Of a stretch of 64,000 nt of DNA, positions 1 through 8,431 are shown one piece after another (position 1 is the stretch's first letter; every line of letters begins with the position of its first letter). The position numbers and the translations under genes are program-made. The stretch lies in the NCBI GenBank assembly GCA_965209205.1, contig CBDBQC010000003.1:641401-705400 (forward strand). Direction: 5' to 3'. The DNA is from Dehalococcoidia bacterium (GTDB lineage: Bacteria; Chloroflexota; Dehalococcoidia; Bin125). The notes beneath the pieces were generated by a model. It was not told the origin of the DNA. It saw only the letters and a list, made by a program, of their open reading frames with translations, and searched no databases.

Positions 1-344
1 CCGCCCGGCTGCCCGCCCGTCTGCCCGCCCGTCTGATCGCGCACCTGATCCGCGGCTACCAAACCGCCATCTCGCCGGGCCTGGGCCCGGCCTGCCGCTA
101 CCTCCCCACCTGCTCCGACTACGCCCTGCAGGCGATCGAGCGCCACGGCGTCGTGCGGGGCGGCGCGATGAGCGTCTGGCGCCTCCTGCGCTGCAACCCC
201 TGCTCGGCCGGCGGCTACGACCCACCGTCCGACCCAGCCCACGACGAGAGCGACGCCGAGCCGCGCCCCGCGGGCGCGACATCCCCCCGGGCCTCGCGAT
301 GGCGGATGTTTCACGTGAAACATCGCCCCGGAGCGGCGCGGTGA
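1..344 (+). CDS. yidD: membrane protein insertion efficiency factor YidD (5' end probably outside window)
   Basis: Frame from nt 3 reads [61 protein letters not shown], the YidD signature. Stop TGA 342-344 overlaps the next ATG (GTGATG). Confidence 0.85.
   Translation, partial: ARLPARLPARLIAHLIRGYQTAISPGLGPACRYLPTCSDYALQAIERHGVVRGGAMSVWRLLRCNPCSAGGYDPPSDPAHDESDAEPRPAGATSPRASRWRMFHVKHRPGAAR
307..322. promoter_or_regulatory. parS: parS centromere-like ParB-binding site, exact consensus TGTTTCACGTGAAACA (core of a perfect 20-bp palindrome, 305-324)
   Basis: Read directly: GATGTTTCACGTGAAACATC is its own reverse complement. It matches the canonical parS 16-mer, and parA/parB lie 3.4 kb downstream. 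Confidence 0.85.
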
Positions 345-1606
345 TGCGGACCCGTCTGCGCAGCCGCCGCCTGCGTGGCCTCGCGCTGCTGGCCGCGATC
401 CCGATCCTCGCGGCCTGCACGATCAGCAACGACCCCGACGGCTGGGCCCCGCCCATCGCCACCGAGCTCGACGGGCGGGCCGTCGTCATCGCCCGCGTCG
501 AGGACAACGCGATCGCCGCCATCGACCTCGACCGGGCGAGCCCGGTCGTCTGGCGGTTCCCCGGGGTCGCTGCCGGACAGGCCCCGTCGCAGGACGACAA
601 CCGCCCCTTCCCCGGCCTCGACGGGCCGGTCGAGACGCAGGGCTTCTACGGCGCGCCCGCCGTGATCGGCACGCAGGGGGAGGAGTTCGTCGTTGCCGAC
701 CACAACGACGGCGTCGTCTACGCCATCCGGCGCGACGGCACGAGCGCCCGCGTCCTGCTCGACACGGGCGCCCCGGTGATCGCCGGGGTCGTCGCCGCCG
801 CCGACGGGCGCACCCTCTTCGTCGCGACGACGGGCGAGCGCGTGTACGCCATCGACGCCGAGAGCCCCCCCGCGAGCGTCGACGATGCCGAGGCGTTCGT
901 CTGGATCGCCGAGGGGCTCGGCGGGCGCATCTGGGGCACGCCGGCCATCGCCGCCAGCGAGCGCGACGGGCCGCTGCTCATCGTCCCCACGATGGCCGGC
1001 CGGGTGGTCGCACTGCGCACCGACGACGGATCGGTCGTCTGGTCGTTCGATTCGGGCGCGGGCATCGCCAGCGACGTCGTGGTTGGGGGCGGCCTCGCCT
1101 TCTTCGGCGGCTTCGACCGCACCTTCTACGCGCTCGATGTCGAGACCGGCGATCTGCGCTGGAGCGCCCAAGGCGCGCACTGGTTCTGGACGAGCGCGCT
1201 GCTGGTGAACGGCACGGTCTTCGTCGGCGATCTGCACGGCGCGGTCTGGGCCTGGGACGCGGCGACGGGCGTGCCGCGCTGGCCGGAACCGTTCCAGGCC
1301 GGGGAGCGCATCCGCGCGCAGCCCGCCCTCACCACCGCCGGCGAGCTGGTGATCATCACCCGCGAGGGCACGCTGCTCGCCCTCGACCCGGACACCGGGC
1401 GGCGCGTCTGGGGCGACCCCGACACCCCGCTGAAGACCTCGAACCGGGTGCTGGCCACGCCGCTCATCCTGGCCGACGACTCGGTCCTGATCAGCGATGA
1501 CCAGGGCGTGCTCTGGCGGTCGCGCGTCGGCGCCGGCCGCATCTGCGAGATCTTCCCCGAGCGCAACCTCGACTGCGAGCGCCTGCTCGACGCGGTCCAG
1601 GGCTAG
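344..1606 (+). CDS. PQQ-like (BamB-type) beta-propeller repeat lipoprotein
   Basis: Signal peptide with lipobox (LLAAIPILAAC). Repeated propeller motifs: GERVYAIDAES, GRVVALRTDDGSVVW, DRTFYALDVETGDLRW, GAVWAWDAATGVPRW, GTLLALDPDTGRRVW. Start 344 chosen for the TGATG overlap; ATG 299 is an alternative. Confidence 0.75.
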   Translation: MRTRLRSRRLRGLALLAAIPILAACTISNDPDGWAPPIATELDGRAVVIARVEDNAIAAIDLDRASPVVWRFPGVAAGQAPSQDDNRPFPGLDGPVETQGFYGAPAVIGTQGEEFVVADHNDGVVYAIRRDGTSARVLLDTGAPVIAGVVAAADGRTLFVATTGERVYAIDAESPPASVDDAEAFVWIAEGLGGRIWGTPAIAASERDGPLLIVPTMAGRVVALRTDDGSVVWSFDSGAGIASDVVVGGGLAFFGGFDRTFYALDVETGDLRWSAQGAHWFWTSALLVNGTVFVGDLHGAVWAWDAATGVPRWPEPFQAGERIRAQPALTTAGELVIITREGTLLALDPDTGRRVWGDPDTPLKTSNRVLATPLILADDSVLISDDQGVLWRSRVGAGRICEIFPERNLDCERLLDAVQG

Positions 1607-1618
1607 AGGGCGGCGCGC

Positions 1619-2596
1619 GTGAGCTTCATCTGGAACGACCTGCTCGTCAACCCCATGATCAACGCGCTGATCATCATGTCCAACGCGCTCTTGGACAACT
1701 TCGGCCTGGCGATCATCGCGTTCACGATCTTCATCCGCCTGGTCACCTTCCCGCTGACGATCCGGCAGTTGCGCACCACCCGCGCCATGCAGGAGATGCA
1801 GCCGCAGATGCAGGAGATCCAGAAGAAATACAAGGATCCCAAGCGCCGCCAGCAGGAGATGATGAAGCTCTACCGCGAGGTGGGCTTCAACCCGCTGGGC
1901 TGCCTCGTGCCCTTCGCGGTGCAGATCCCCATCTGGATCGCGCTGTTCCAGGTCATCCGCCACACCGTGGGCACGACGCCCGAGGCCCTGCTCGGCCTGG
2001 CCTCGCGCCTCTACGACTGGGACTACATCACCGAGTCGGTGCCGCTGAGCAGCGAGTTCCTGTTCATCGACCTGGCGGAGCGGTCGATCCCGCTGGCCGT
2101 GCTGGTCGCGGTCGCGACGTTCTACCAGCAGAAGCTCTCGACCGCGACCCGCTCGCAGGTGAAGGACGACCGCCAGGCCGCGACCAACAAGATGATGCTC
2201 TACCTGATGCCGCTGCTCTTCGGCTGGTTCACGATGACCGTCCCCGCCGGGCTGGGCCTGTACTGGTTCACGACCAGCCTGGTGGGCATCATCACCTCGT
2301 ACCTCTACTACAAGCCCGACAACATCACGTGGCGCTGGCTCGTCTCCCTCGACGCGCTGCCGCCTTCGGCGAAGGCGCGCGCGCGCACTGCCGCTCTCAC
2401 CGGCGGCGCGCCCGCCGCGGCCGCCAAGACCACCGCCGCGACACCGGCGGACGAATCCACCTCCGATTCGAGCACCACCCCCGACGCGGCCGACCCGGCC
2501 GACAGCCGATCGGCCGCCGCCCGTCGCCGCAGACGCCGGCGCCGGCGCCGGCGCGGCGGCGGGGGTGGGAGCGCGAAACAAGAAAGGGCCGACTGA
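1619..2596 (+). CDS. yidC: membrane protein insertase YidC (short, Gram-positive/Oxa1-like form)
   Basis: FIRLVTFPLTIRQLRTTRAMQEMQPQMQEIQKKYKDPKRRQQEMMKLYREVGFNPLGC plus multiple TM segments. Synteny with yidD and jag. Confidence 0.93.
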   Translation: MSFIWNDLLVNPMINALIIMSNALLDNFGLAIIAFTIFIRLVTFPLTIRQLRTTRAMQEMQPQMQEIQKKYKDPKRRQQEMMKLYREVGFNPLGCLVPFAVQIPIWIALFQVIRHTVGTTPEALLGLASRLYDWDYITESVPLSSEFLFIDLAERSIPLAVLVAVATFYQQKLSTATRSQVKDDRQAATNKMMLYLMPLLFGWFTMTVPAGLGLYWFTTSLVGIITSYLYYKPDNITWRWLVSLDALPPSAKARARTAALTGGAPAAAAKTTAATPADESTSDSSTTPDAADPADSRSAAARRRRRRRRRRRGGGGGSAKQERAD

Positions 2597-2599
2597 GCC

Positions 2600-3670
2600 A
2601 TGCCCGCAGACAACCCCGACCGCGTGGAAACGACCGGCAAGACCGTGGACGACGCCGTCCAGCAGGCGCTGCGCCGGCTCAACCGGACGCGCAACCAAGT
2701 GGATGTGCGCGTCCTCAGCGAGGGCCGGCCCGGCGTGTTCGGCATTGGGGCCAGCGAGGCCCGCGTGCGGGTGAGCGTCATCGGCGCCGCCCCCGCCGGC
2801 GACGACCCCGCCGAGGCGCCGCTCCCCAAGATCGACGACTACGCCGATTACGCCGAGGTCGATCGGCGGGCCGCCGGTCCCGGACGGGGGCGGGGCGGCT
2901 CCGGCGGCCCCCCCGGCGCGCGCCGCCGCGATCCGTCGCTGGGTCCGCCGGTGGCGCGCACACCGCGAGACCGCCCGTCCCGATCCGGCCCGCCGCCGCG
3001 TCGTGACGGCGGGCGCGACCGGGATCGCGGCCGTGACCGTGACCGCGACCGTGACCGTGATCGCGGCCGCTACGGCGGACGAGGCCGGGGCGGCCACGAC
3101 CGCGACCCGATCATGCGGCCCGAGCCGCTGCCCTTCGAATTGCTCGCCGATCCCGAGTTCGAGCCCGAGGACGACCAGGACGCCACCGAGTTCGCGACGG
3201 CCGTGCTCACCGACCTGCTGCATCTGATGCGCCTGGAGGCCGTCGTCACGGCGCGGCCGCCGGCCACGCCCATCGAGGGGCTCGACCACGCCCTGGCCGT
3301 GCTCATCGTCGCCCCCGCGGACGACGGCGGCGCCGGCGGGCTCGACATCCTGATCGGCCCCAACGGCGAGCACCTGGCCGCCCTGCAGTACATGGTCAAC
3401 CTGATCGTCAACCGCGCGCTGGAGGGCCGCCACGCCTTCACGGTCGACATCGACGGTCACAAGCGGCGCCGCGAGCAGGAGCTCGTGGCGATCGCCGAGG
3501 CCGCCGCCGCCGAGGCCCGCGAGACGGGCGCCATGGTCGAACTGGAGCCGATGTCGCCGGCCGAGCGCCGCATCATCCACCTCAACCTCTCCGAGCACGA
3601 CGGCATCGAGACGGAGAGCACCGGCGCGGGCGCTGCGCGGCGGGTCCAGATCGTCTACCGTGACGAGTAG
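2600..3670 (+). CDS. jag: Jag/KhpB-family RNA-binding protein (Jag_N + KH + R3H) with inserted RD/RGG low-complexity linker
   Basis: N-terminus TGKTVDDAVQQALRRL..VRVLSEGRPGVFGIG. C-terminal R3H motif PMSPAERRIIHLNLSEHDGIETESTG. Located directly after yidC. Confidence 0.88.
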   Translation: MPADNPDRVETTGKTVDDAVQQALRRLNRTRNQVDVRVLSEGRPGVFGIGASEARVRVSVIGAAPAGDDPAEAPLPKIDDYADYAEVDRRAAGPGRGRGGSGGPPGARRRDPSLGPPVARTPRDRPSRSGPPPRRDGGRDRDRGRDRDRDRDRDRGRYGGRGRGGHDRDPIMRPEPLPFELLADPEFEPEDDQDATEFATAVLTDLLHLMRLEAVVTARPPATPIEGLDHALAVLIVAPADDGGAGGLDILIGPNGEHLAALQYMVNLIVNRALEGRHAFTVDIDGHKRRREQELVAIAEAAAAEARETGAMVELEPMSPAERRIIHLNLSEHDGIETESTGAGAARRVQIVYRDE

Positions 3671-3702
3671 CTGGGGTCGGCTCTGCTACGAGGGCGGGGT
3701 CT

Positions 3703-4569
3703 GTGCCGGTCGTTGCGATCGCGAACCAGAAGGGCGGCGTCGGTAAGACGACGACCGCCGTCAACCTCGGCGCCGCGCTGGCCCGCTCCGGGCGGCGCAT
3801 CCTCCTCATCGACGGTGATCCCCAGTCCAACGCCACCAGCGGCCTCGGTCTCGTGCCAGGCGCGCGCGGCGCCGACGGCCGCGACACCCTGTACGACGTC
3901 CTCGGCGGCGTCCCGGCCGCGGCCTGCGTCCGGGCGACCGCAGAGCCGGGCCTCGCGATCCTGCCCGCCTGCCGCGACCTCGCCGGCGCCGAGGTGGAAC
4001 TCGCCGCGCTGCCCGACCGCGAGCACCGGCTGCGGACGTCGATCGCGACGCTGCGCTCCGGGTACGACTTCGTCCTGGTCGACTGCGCCCCCTCGCTGGG
4101 CCTGCTGACCTTGAACGCCCTGACCGCCGCCGACCGCGTCGTGATCCCGGTGCAGTGCGAATACTTCGCCCTGGAGGGGCTGGGCCACCTGGCCGACACG
4201 ATCGCCCGCGTCGCCGAGCGGCTCAATCCGTCGCTGCGCGTCGACGGCGTCCTGCTGACGATGTTCGATGCCCGCACGAAGCTGGCGCAGGAGGTCGCGC
4301 GGCAGGTGCGGCGCCACTTCCCGCAGACCTACGCCACCGTCATCCCGCGCTCGGTGCGCCTGGGCGAGGCGCCCAGCTTCGGCCGCACGATCTTCGACTA
4401 CGCCCCCACCTCGTCGGGGGCCGGCGCCTACCGCGCCCTGGCGCGGGAGTTCCTGGCCCGCGAGGAGCGCCGCGCGACTCCGTCCCCGCACACCCAGCCC
4501 GCGCCGGCATCCGGCGCCCTCGATTCCAGCCGCGGCGGACTCGTCGCGGCGGCAGGAGGCACAGCATGA
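3703..4569 (+). CDS. parA: chromosome partitioning ATPase ParA/Soj
   Basis: Deviant Walker A VAIANQKGGVGKTTTAVNLGAALA. GTG start. 4-nt overlap with parB. Confidence 0.95.
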   Translation: MPVVAIANQKGGVGKTTTAVNLGAALARSGRRILLIDGDPQSNATSGLGLVPGARGADGRDTLYDVLGGVPAAACVRATAEPGLAILPACRDLAGAEVELAALPDREHRLRTSIATLRSGYDFVLVDCAPSLGLLTLNALTAADRVVIPVQCEYFALEGLGHLADTIARVAERLNPSLRVDGVLLTMFDARTKLAQEVARQVRRHFPQTYATVIPRSVRLGEAPSFGRTIFDYAPTSSGAGAYRALAREFLAREERRATPSPHTQPAPASGALDSSRGGLVAAAGGTA

Positions 4570-5495
4570 CCACCGCCCGGCCGATCCTGGGCCGCGGACT
4601 CGACGCGCTGATTCCGCGGTCGCACGACCGCCGCGACGAGCCCGCCCCCCACCGCGTCGCCATCGACCAGATCGACCCCAACCCCGAGCAGCCGCGCGGC
4701 GCCGTGGACCCGGCCGCGCTGGAGGAGCTCGCCGCGAGCGTGCGCGCGATCGGCGTGCTGCAGCCGCTGCTCGTCACCGCCGGCGACGGGGGCCGCTTCA
4801 CGCTGGTCGCCGGCGAACGCCGCTGGCGGGCGGCCCGGCTGGCGGGGCTGCGCGAGGTGCCCGTCGTCGTCACGAGCCTGGCCGGCGACGAGCTGCTCAC
4901 GGCCGCCCTGGTCGAGAACGTGCAGCGCGAGGACCTGAGCCCGCTGGAAGAGGCCGGCGCATACGCGCGGCTGCTCGCCGCCACCGGCGAGAGCCAGGCG
5001 CGCATCGCGGAGCGCGTCGGCAAGAGCCGCAGCGCCGTCGCCAACTCCCTGCGACTGCTGGGCCTGCCCGCCCCCATCCGTGACAGCCTGGCCCGCGCCG
5101 AGATCAGCGAGGGCCACGCCCGCGCCCTGCTCGCCGTCACCGACCCCGCCGCGCGCGAGGGACTCTGGCAACGCATCGTCGCCGAGGGGCTCAACGTGCG
5201 TCAGGCGGAGCGCGCGGCCCGCGCCCTCAACGCGGCCGCTGTGGCGTCGGCGGACAGGGCGCCGGCGGACAGGGCGCCGGCCGAGCCCGGCGACCCATCG
5301 CCCGACGCCGACGCGGCGCTGATCGCCGACCTCGAACGGGCGCTGGGCACCCGCGTGCGCCTGCATCGCAACGGCCGCGGCGGCTCGCTGGAGATCCGCT
5401 GGTACGACGACGAACAACTCGGGCAGCTCGCCGGGCGCTTGACGGCGCCGGCCGCCGGCACGCTGCCACCACCGCCCGCGCACCTCACCATCTGA
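4566..5495 (+). CDS. parB: chromosome partitioning protein ParB/Spo0J
   Basis: MTTARPILGRGLDALIP, QPLLV..GERRWRAARLAGL ParB box, HTH region SQARIAERVGKSRSAVANSLRLL. ATG 4566 lies inside the longer track ORF. Confidence 0.93.
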   Translation: MTTARPILGRGLDALIPRSHDRRDEPAPHRVAIDQIDPNPEQPRGAVDPAALEELAASVRAIGVLQPLLVTAGDGGRFTLVAGERRWRAARLAGLREVPVVVTSLAGDELLTAALVENVQREDLSPLEEAGAYARLLAATGESQARIAERVGKSRSAVANSLRLLGLPAPIRDSLARAEISEGHARALLAVTDPAAREGLWQRIVAEGLNVRQAERAARALNAAAVASADRAPADRAPAEPGDPSPDADAALIADLERALGTRVRLHRNGRGGSLEIRWYDDEQLGQLAGRLTAPAAGTLPPPPAHLTI

Positions 5496-5544
5496 GCGCC
5501 AGCTGAGCCGCCAGCACAGACACCTCAGCAGCAAAGGAGTGACC

Positions 5545-6009
5545 ATGTCCATCGACGACCGCCTGCAAGAACTCGGCATCGAACTGCCGCCGCCGCCCGG
5601 CCCCGTGGGGGTCTACAAGCCGGCCGTCCGCACCGGCGACCTGCTCTACGTGTCGGGCCAACTGCCCGTCGCCGGTGGCGCGTTCACGGCGGTCGGCACA
5701 CTGGGGGACGACGTCGACCTGGGGACGGGGCAGGCCGCGGCGCGGCAGTGCGCGATCAACTGTCTGGCAGCGGCGGCCGGCGCGCTGGGCTCGCTCGACG
5801 CGATCCGCCAGGTCGTCCGGCTGACCGGCTTCGTCGCCTCGACCAGCGACTTCACGCAGCAGCCGCAGGTGATCAACGGCGCATCGGAGCTGCTGCGCGA
5901 CGTGCTGGGCCCCGACGCCGGGGTGGGCACGCGCGTGGCGGTCGGCCTGGCGGCGCTGCCGGCGGGCGTGCCCGTCGAGGTCGACGTGATCCTGGAAGTC
6001 GACGGCTAG
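5545..6009 (+). CDS. RidA/YjgF-family protein
   Basis: GVYKPAVRTGDLLYVSGQLP and overall RidA-like length. SD AAAGGAG sits 5 nt upstream of ATG 5545; the track start 5539 overlaps the SD. Confidence 0.8.
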   Translation: MSIDDRLQELGIELPPPPGPVGVYKPAVRTGDLLYVSGQLPVAGGAFTAVGTLGDDVDLGTGQAAARQCAINCLAAAAGALGSLDAIRQVVRLTGFVASTSDFTQQPQVINGASELLRDVLGPDAGVGTRVAVGLAALPAGVPVEVDVILEVDG

Positions 6010-6042
6010 CCTCCCAGGGACGGGAGTACGGGATACGCGGTC

Positions 6043-7373
6043 CTAAGCCGTCGATCCGCCCGGGCCCCCACTATCCGATCCACCGCCGCCCCCGCGCCGG
6101 CGGCGGCGGCGCCTGCGCCGGCGTCGTGACGCGTCCTGGCCCTCGCCGCCCGCCGCGGCGTTCTCGGGCGGGGCCCCAGGCGAGGTGGTCGCGTCGGGCG
6201 GGGACGCGGGCGTCGCCGATGCCCGCCCGTCCGTCGCACCGGCTGCCGGCGGCGACCCACCCGGCGCCGCGGCGTCGGCGCTCGTCGCGCGCCCCCGGCG
6301 GCGGCTGCGCCGTCGCCGGCGACGGCCGGGACGTTCCTCGCCCGCAGCCGCCGGATCGGCCGGGGCGGCGCCTCCGCCGTCCTCCGGCGTCCCGGCGCGA
6401 GGCCCCCCCTTGGGCGGCCGTCCGCCGCGCCGGACGCCGCGGCTCGCGGGCCCAGCGGCGGGCCCATCGGCGGGTGCAGCGGCGGGCCCATCGGCGGGCT
6501 GCGTGGTCGCCGGACGGCCCAGCACGTCGCTGAGCGTCTCCTCAAGCGCCGCGTTCGGCTCGTCTTCGATGCGGACGGCCATGCCGACCTCGGCGGCCGA
6601 CACCTCGACCCGCCCCGCGTGGTCGTCGAGCTCCAGCGTGATGGTCTGCTTGAGCACGTTGGCCTGCACGACCTTGCCCATCCCCGCCGGCGTCGATACG
6701 CGCTTGCCCAGCTTGGGCAGCGTGCCGCGCATCTCCCGGTAGACCGGGTACTCGAAGGTCAGGCAGCAGAGCAGTCGTCCGCAGACGCCCGACAGCTTGT
6801 CGGGGTTGAGTGCGAGCGATTGCTCCTTCGCCATGCGAATCCCGACCTTGGGAAGTCGGTCATCCAACTCGAGCAGCAGAGCCGCAGACCGCAGATGTCG
6901 TGGCCGTCGACCAGCTTCGCGCGGTCGCGCGGGCCGGACTGCTGCATGTGCAGGCGGATGTCGAACTCGTCCTCCACCTCGTGCACGACGGACGTGAAGT
7001 CGACGTGCCTGTCGGACTGGAAGTGGCAGGTGGCCTCCTCGCCGGCCAGGTTGAGCTGCATCGTGGCGGCGTACATGGGCAGGTTGCGCGCCGCGATCAG
7101 CGCCCGCGCCCGCGCCAGGATCTCCTCGCTGCGCGCCCGCATGCGCTCCGCCCGCTCGCGGTCGTCGGCGTCGGCCAGCCGTACGATGGGGCGCGCGTCG
7201 CGGGGGACGGGGCCGGCGTCGTCGGGCGGCAACGTCACGACGCGCGCCATCTCGAGGCCGCGCGCCGTCCGCACCACGACGTACTCGCCCTCCTGCACCG
7301 GGTCGGCCGGGGGGGCGAAGTGATAGATCTTCGACGCGTCGCGAAAGCGCACGCCGATCATGTTGGCGCTCAT
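6043..7373 (-). pseudogene. yaaT: PSP1-domain protein YaaT/RicT, reading frame broken by an apparent 1-nt deletion near 6847-6855
   Basis: The N-terminal part (MSANMIGVRFRDASKIYHF...[15 protein letters not shown]) is in one frame. The C-terminal part ([35 protein letters not shown]...) is in the -1 frame. Joined, they match B. subtilis YaaT ...[43 protein letters not shown] residue for residue. Confidence 0.85.
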
Positions 7374-8431
7374 GCCGCGCTCCTCACCGCCGGCGGCCCC
7401 GGACGGGGCGCGGCCAGCATCAACGCTTCCAGCGCGACGCGGACGTCGACGCCGATGCGCAACAACTCTTCCGTACGCCGCACCTCCCGCAGGAACGCGA
7501 CGATGTCGTCCGGACGGTAGCGCGGCGCATCCGCCTCGAGCTCCGCGCGCAGGAATTCGTGCGTGATCCCCGCCGCGACGCCCAGGCGCACGCGCAGCAG
7601 GTCGCGCCACCACTCCCGGCAATACTCCAGCGCCGTGCGCGCGGGTCCGAGGTCGCCGCGGCGGACGGAGAGGTGCTCGGCGAACTCCATGCGCTCGCCG
7701 GGGCTGCCGGCGCTGAGCGCGCGCAACTGCTCGATCTCCGCGCGCCGCTGCGCGACCGGGTCGTCCTCCGCGAGCGCGCTGGTCGCCCAACTCGCGCGGC
7801 CGCGCGCCATCCGCGACAGCGCGTCGGCGGTCTCGGGGGTGACCCCATCCTCCGCCGCCAGCCGGTCCGCCAGCAGGCCGCGGGGCAGCGGCGTCACGTC
7901 GATGCGGCGGCAGCGCGACCGCACCGTCTCGGACAGCCGCGCCGGCGAATCCGTGACCAGCACCAGCGTGACCGCGTCGGGCGGCTCCTCCAGCGTCTTC
8001 AGGAAGGCGTCGGAGGCGTCCGCCGTCATGGCGTCCGCCGGGTCGATCACGAAGACGCGGCGGCGGCCCTCGTAGGGATTGAGCGCCGCGATCACCTCGA
8101 GCCGCCGCAGCTGGCAGATGCCGATCGTGGCGCTGTTCTCGTGCGAGTGGTCCGTCACCCGGCAGAGCCCGCCCGGCGCGACGGTCTCGACATCGGCATG
8201 CCGCCCCCCGGCGATGCGCCGGCAGGGGGCGCAGTCGCCGCAGGGGTCGCCCTGCCCGGGCGGGCGCGCGTCGCAGTTGAGGGCCTGCGCCAGCGACATC
8301 GCCAGCTGCGCCTTGCCCACCTGCGGCGGCCCCGCCAGGAGCAGGGCGTGCGGCAGGTGTCCGCCCGCGATCATCCGCGACAGCGTGCCGGCGGCGGCGC
8401 TCCCCGCCATCGCGCCCCAGCCGGCCGTCAT
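7370..8431 (-). CDS. holB: DNA polymerase III subunit delta' (HolB)
   Basis: HALLLAGPPQVGKAQLAMSLAQALNC, zinc-module-like CGDCAPCRRI, VFVIDPADAM. ATGA overlaps with both lysA and yaaT. The holB-yaaT synteny is as in Bacillus. Confidence 0.88.
   Translation of the reverse strand: MTAGWGAMAGSAAAGTLSRMIAGGHLPHALLLAGPPQVGKAQLAMSLAQALNCDARPPGQGDPCGDCAPCRRIAGGRHADVETVAPGGLCRVTDHSHENSATIGICQLRRLEVIAALNPYEGRRRVFVIDPADAMTADASDAFLKTLEEPPDAVTLVLVTDSPARLSETVRSRCRRIDVTPLPRGLLADRLAAEDGVTPETADALSRMARGRASWATSALAEDDPVAQRRAEIEQLRALSAGSPGERMEFAEHLSVRRGDLGPARTALEYCREWWRDLLRVRLGVAAGITHEFLRAELEADAPRYRPDDIVAFLREVRRTEELLRIGVDVRVALEALMLAAPRPGPPAVRSAA

Noticed and set aside
311-3598. 1095-aa minus-strand ORF spanning the yidD to jag region.
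   Set aside because: It is antisense to four genes with unmistakable homology (lipoprotein, YidC, Jag). The translation is an Arg/Gly/Ala/Pro/Asp-rich string with no motifs. Long stop-free antisense frames are expected in DNA this GC-rich.
6847-6855. Programmed -1 ribosomal frameshift in yaaT.
   Set aside because: There is no X XXY YYZ slippery heptamer; C TTC CCA does not allow P-site re-pairing. No obvious downstream pseudoknot was seen. A single-base homopolymer error or a mutation is the simpler explanation.
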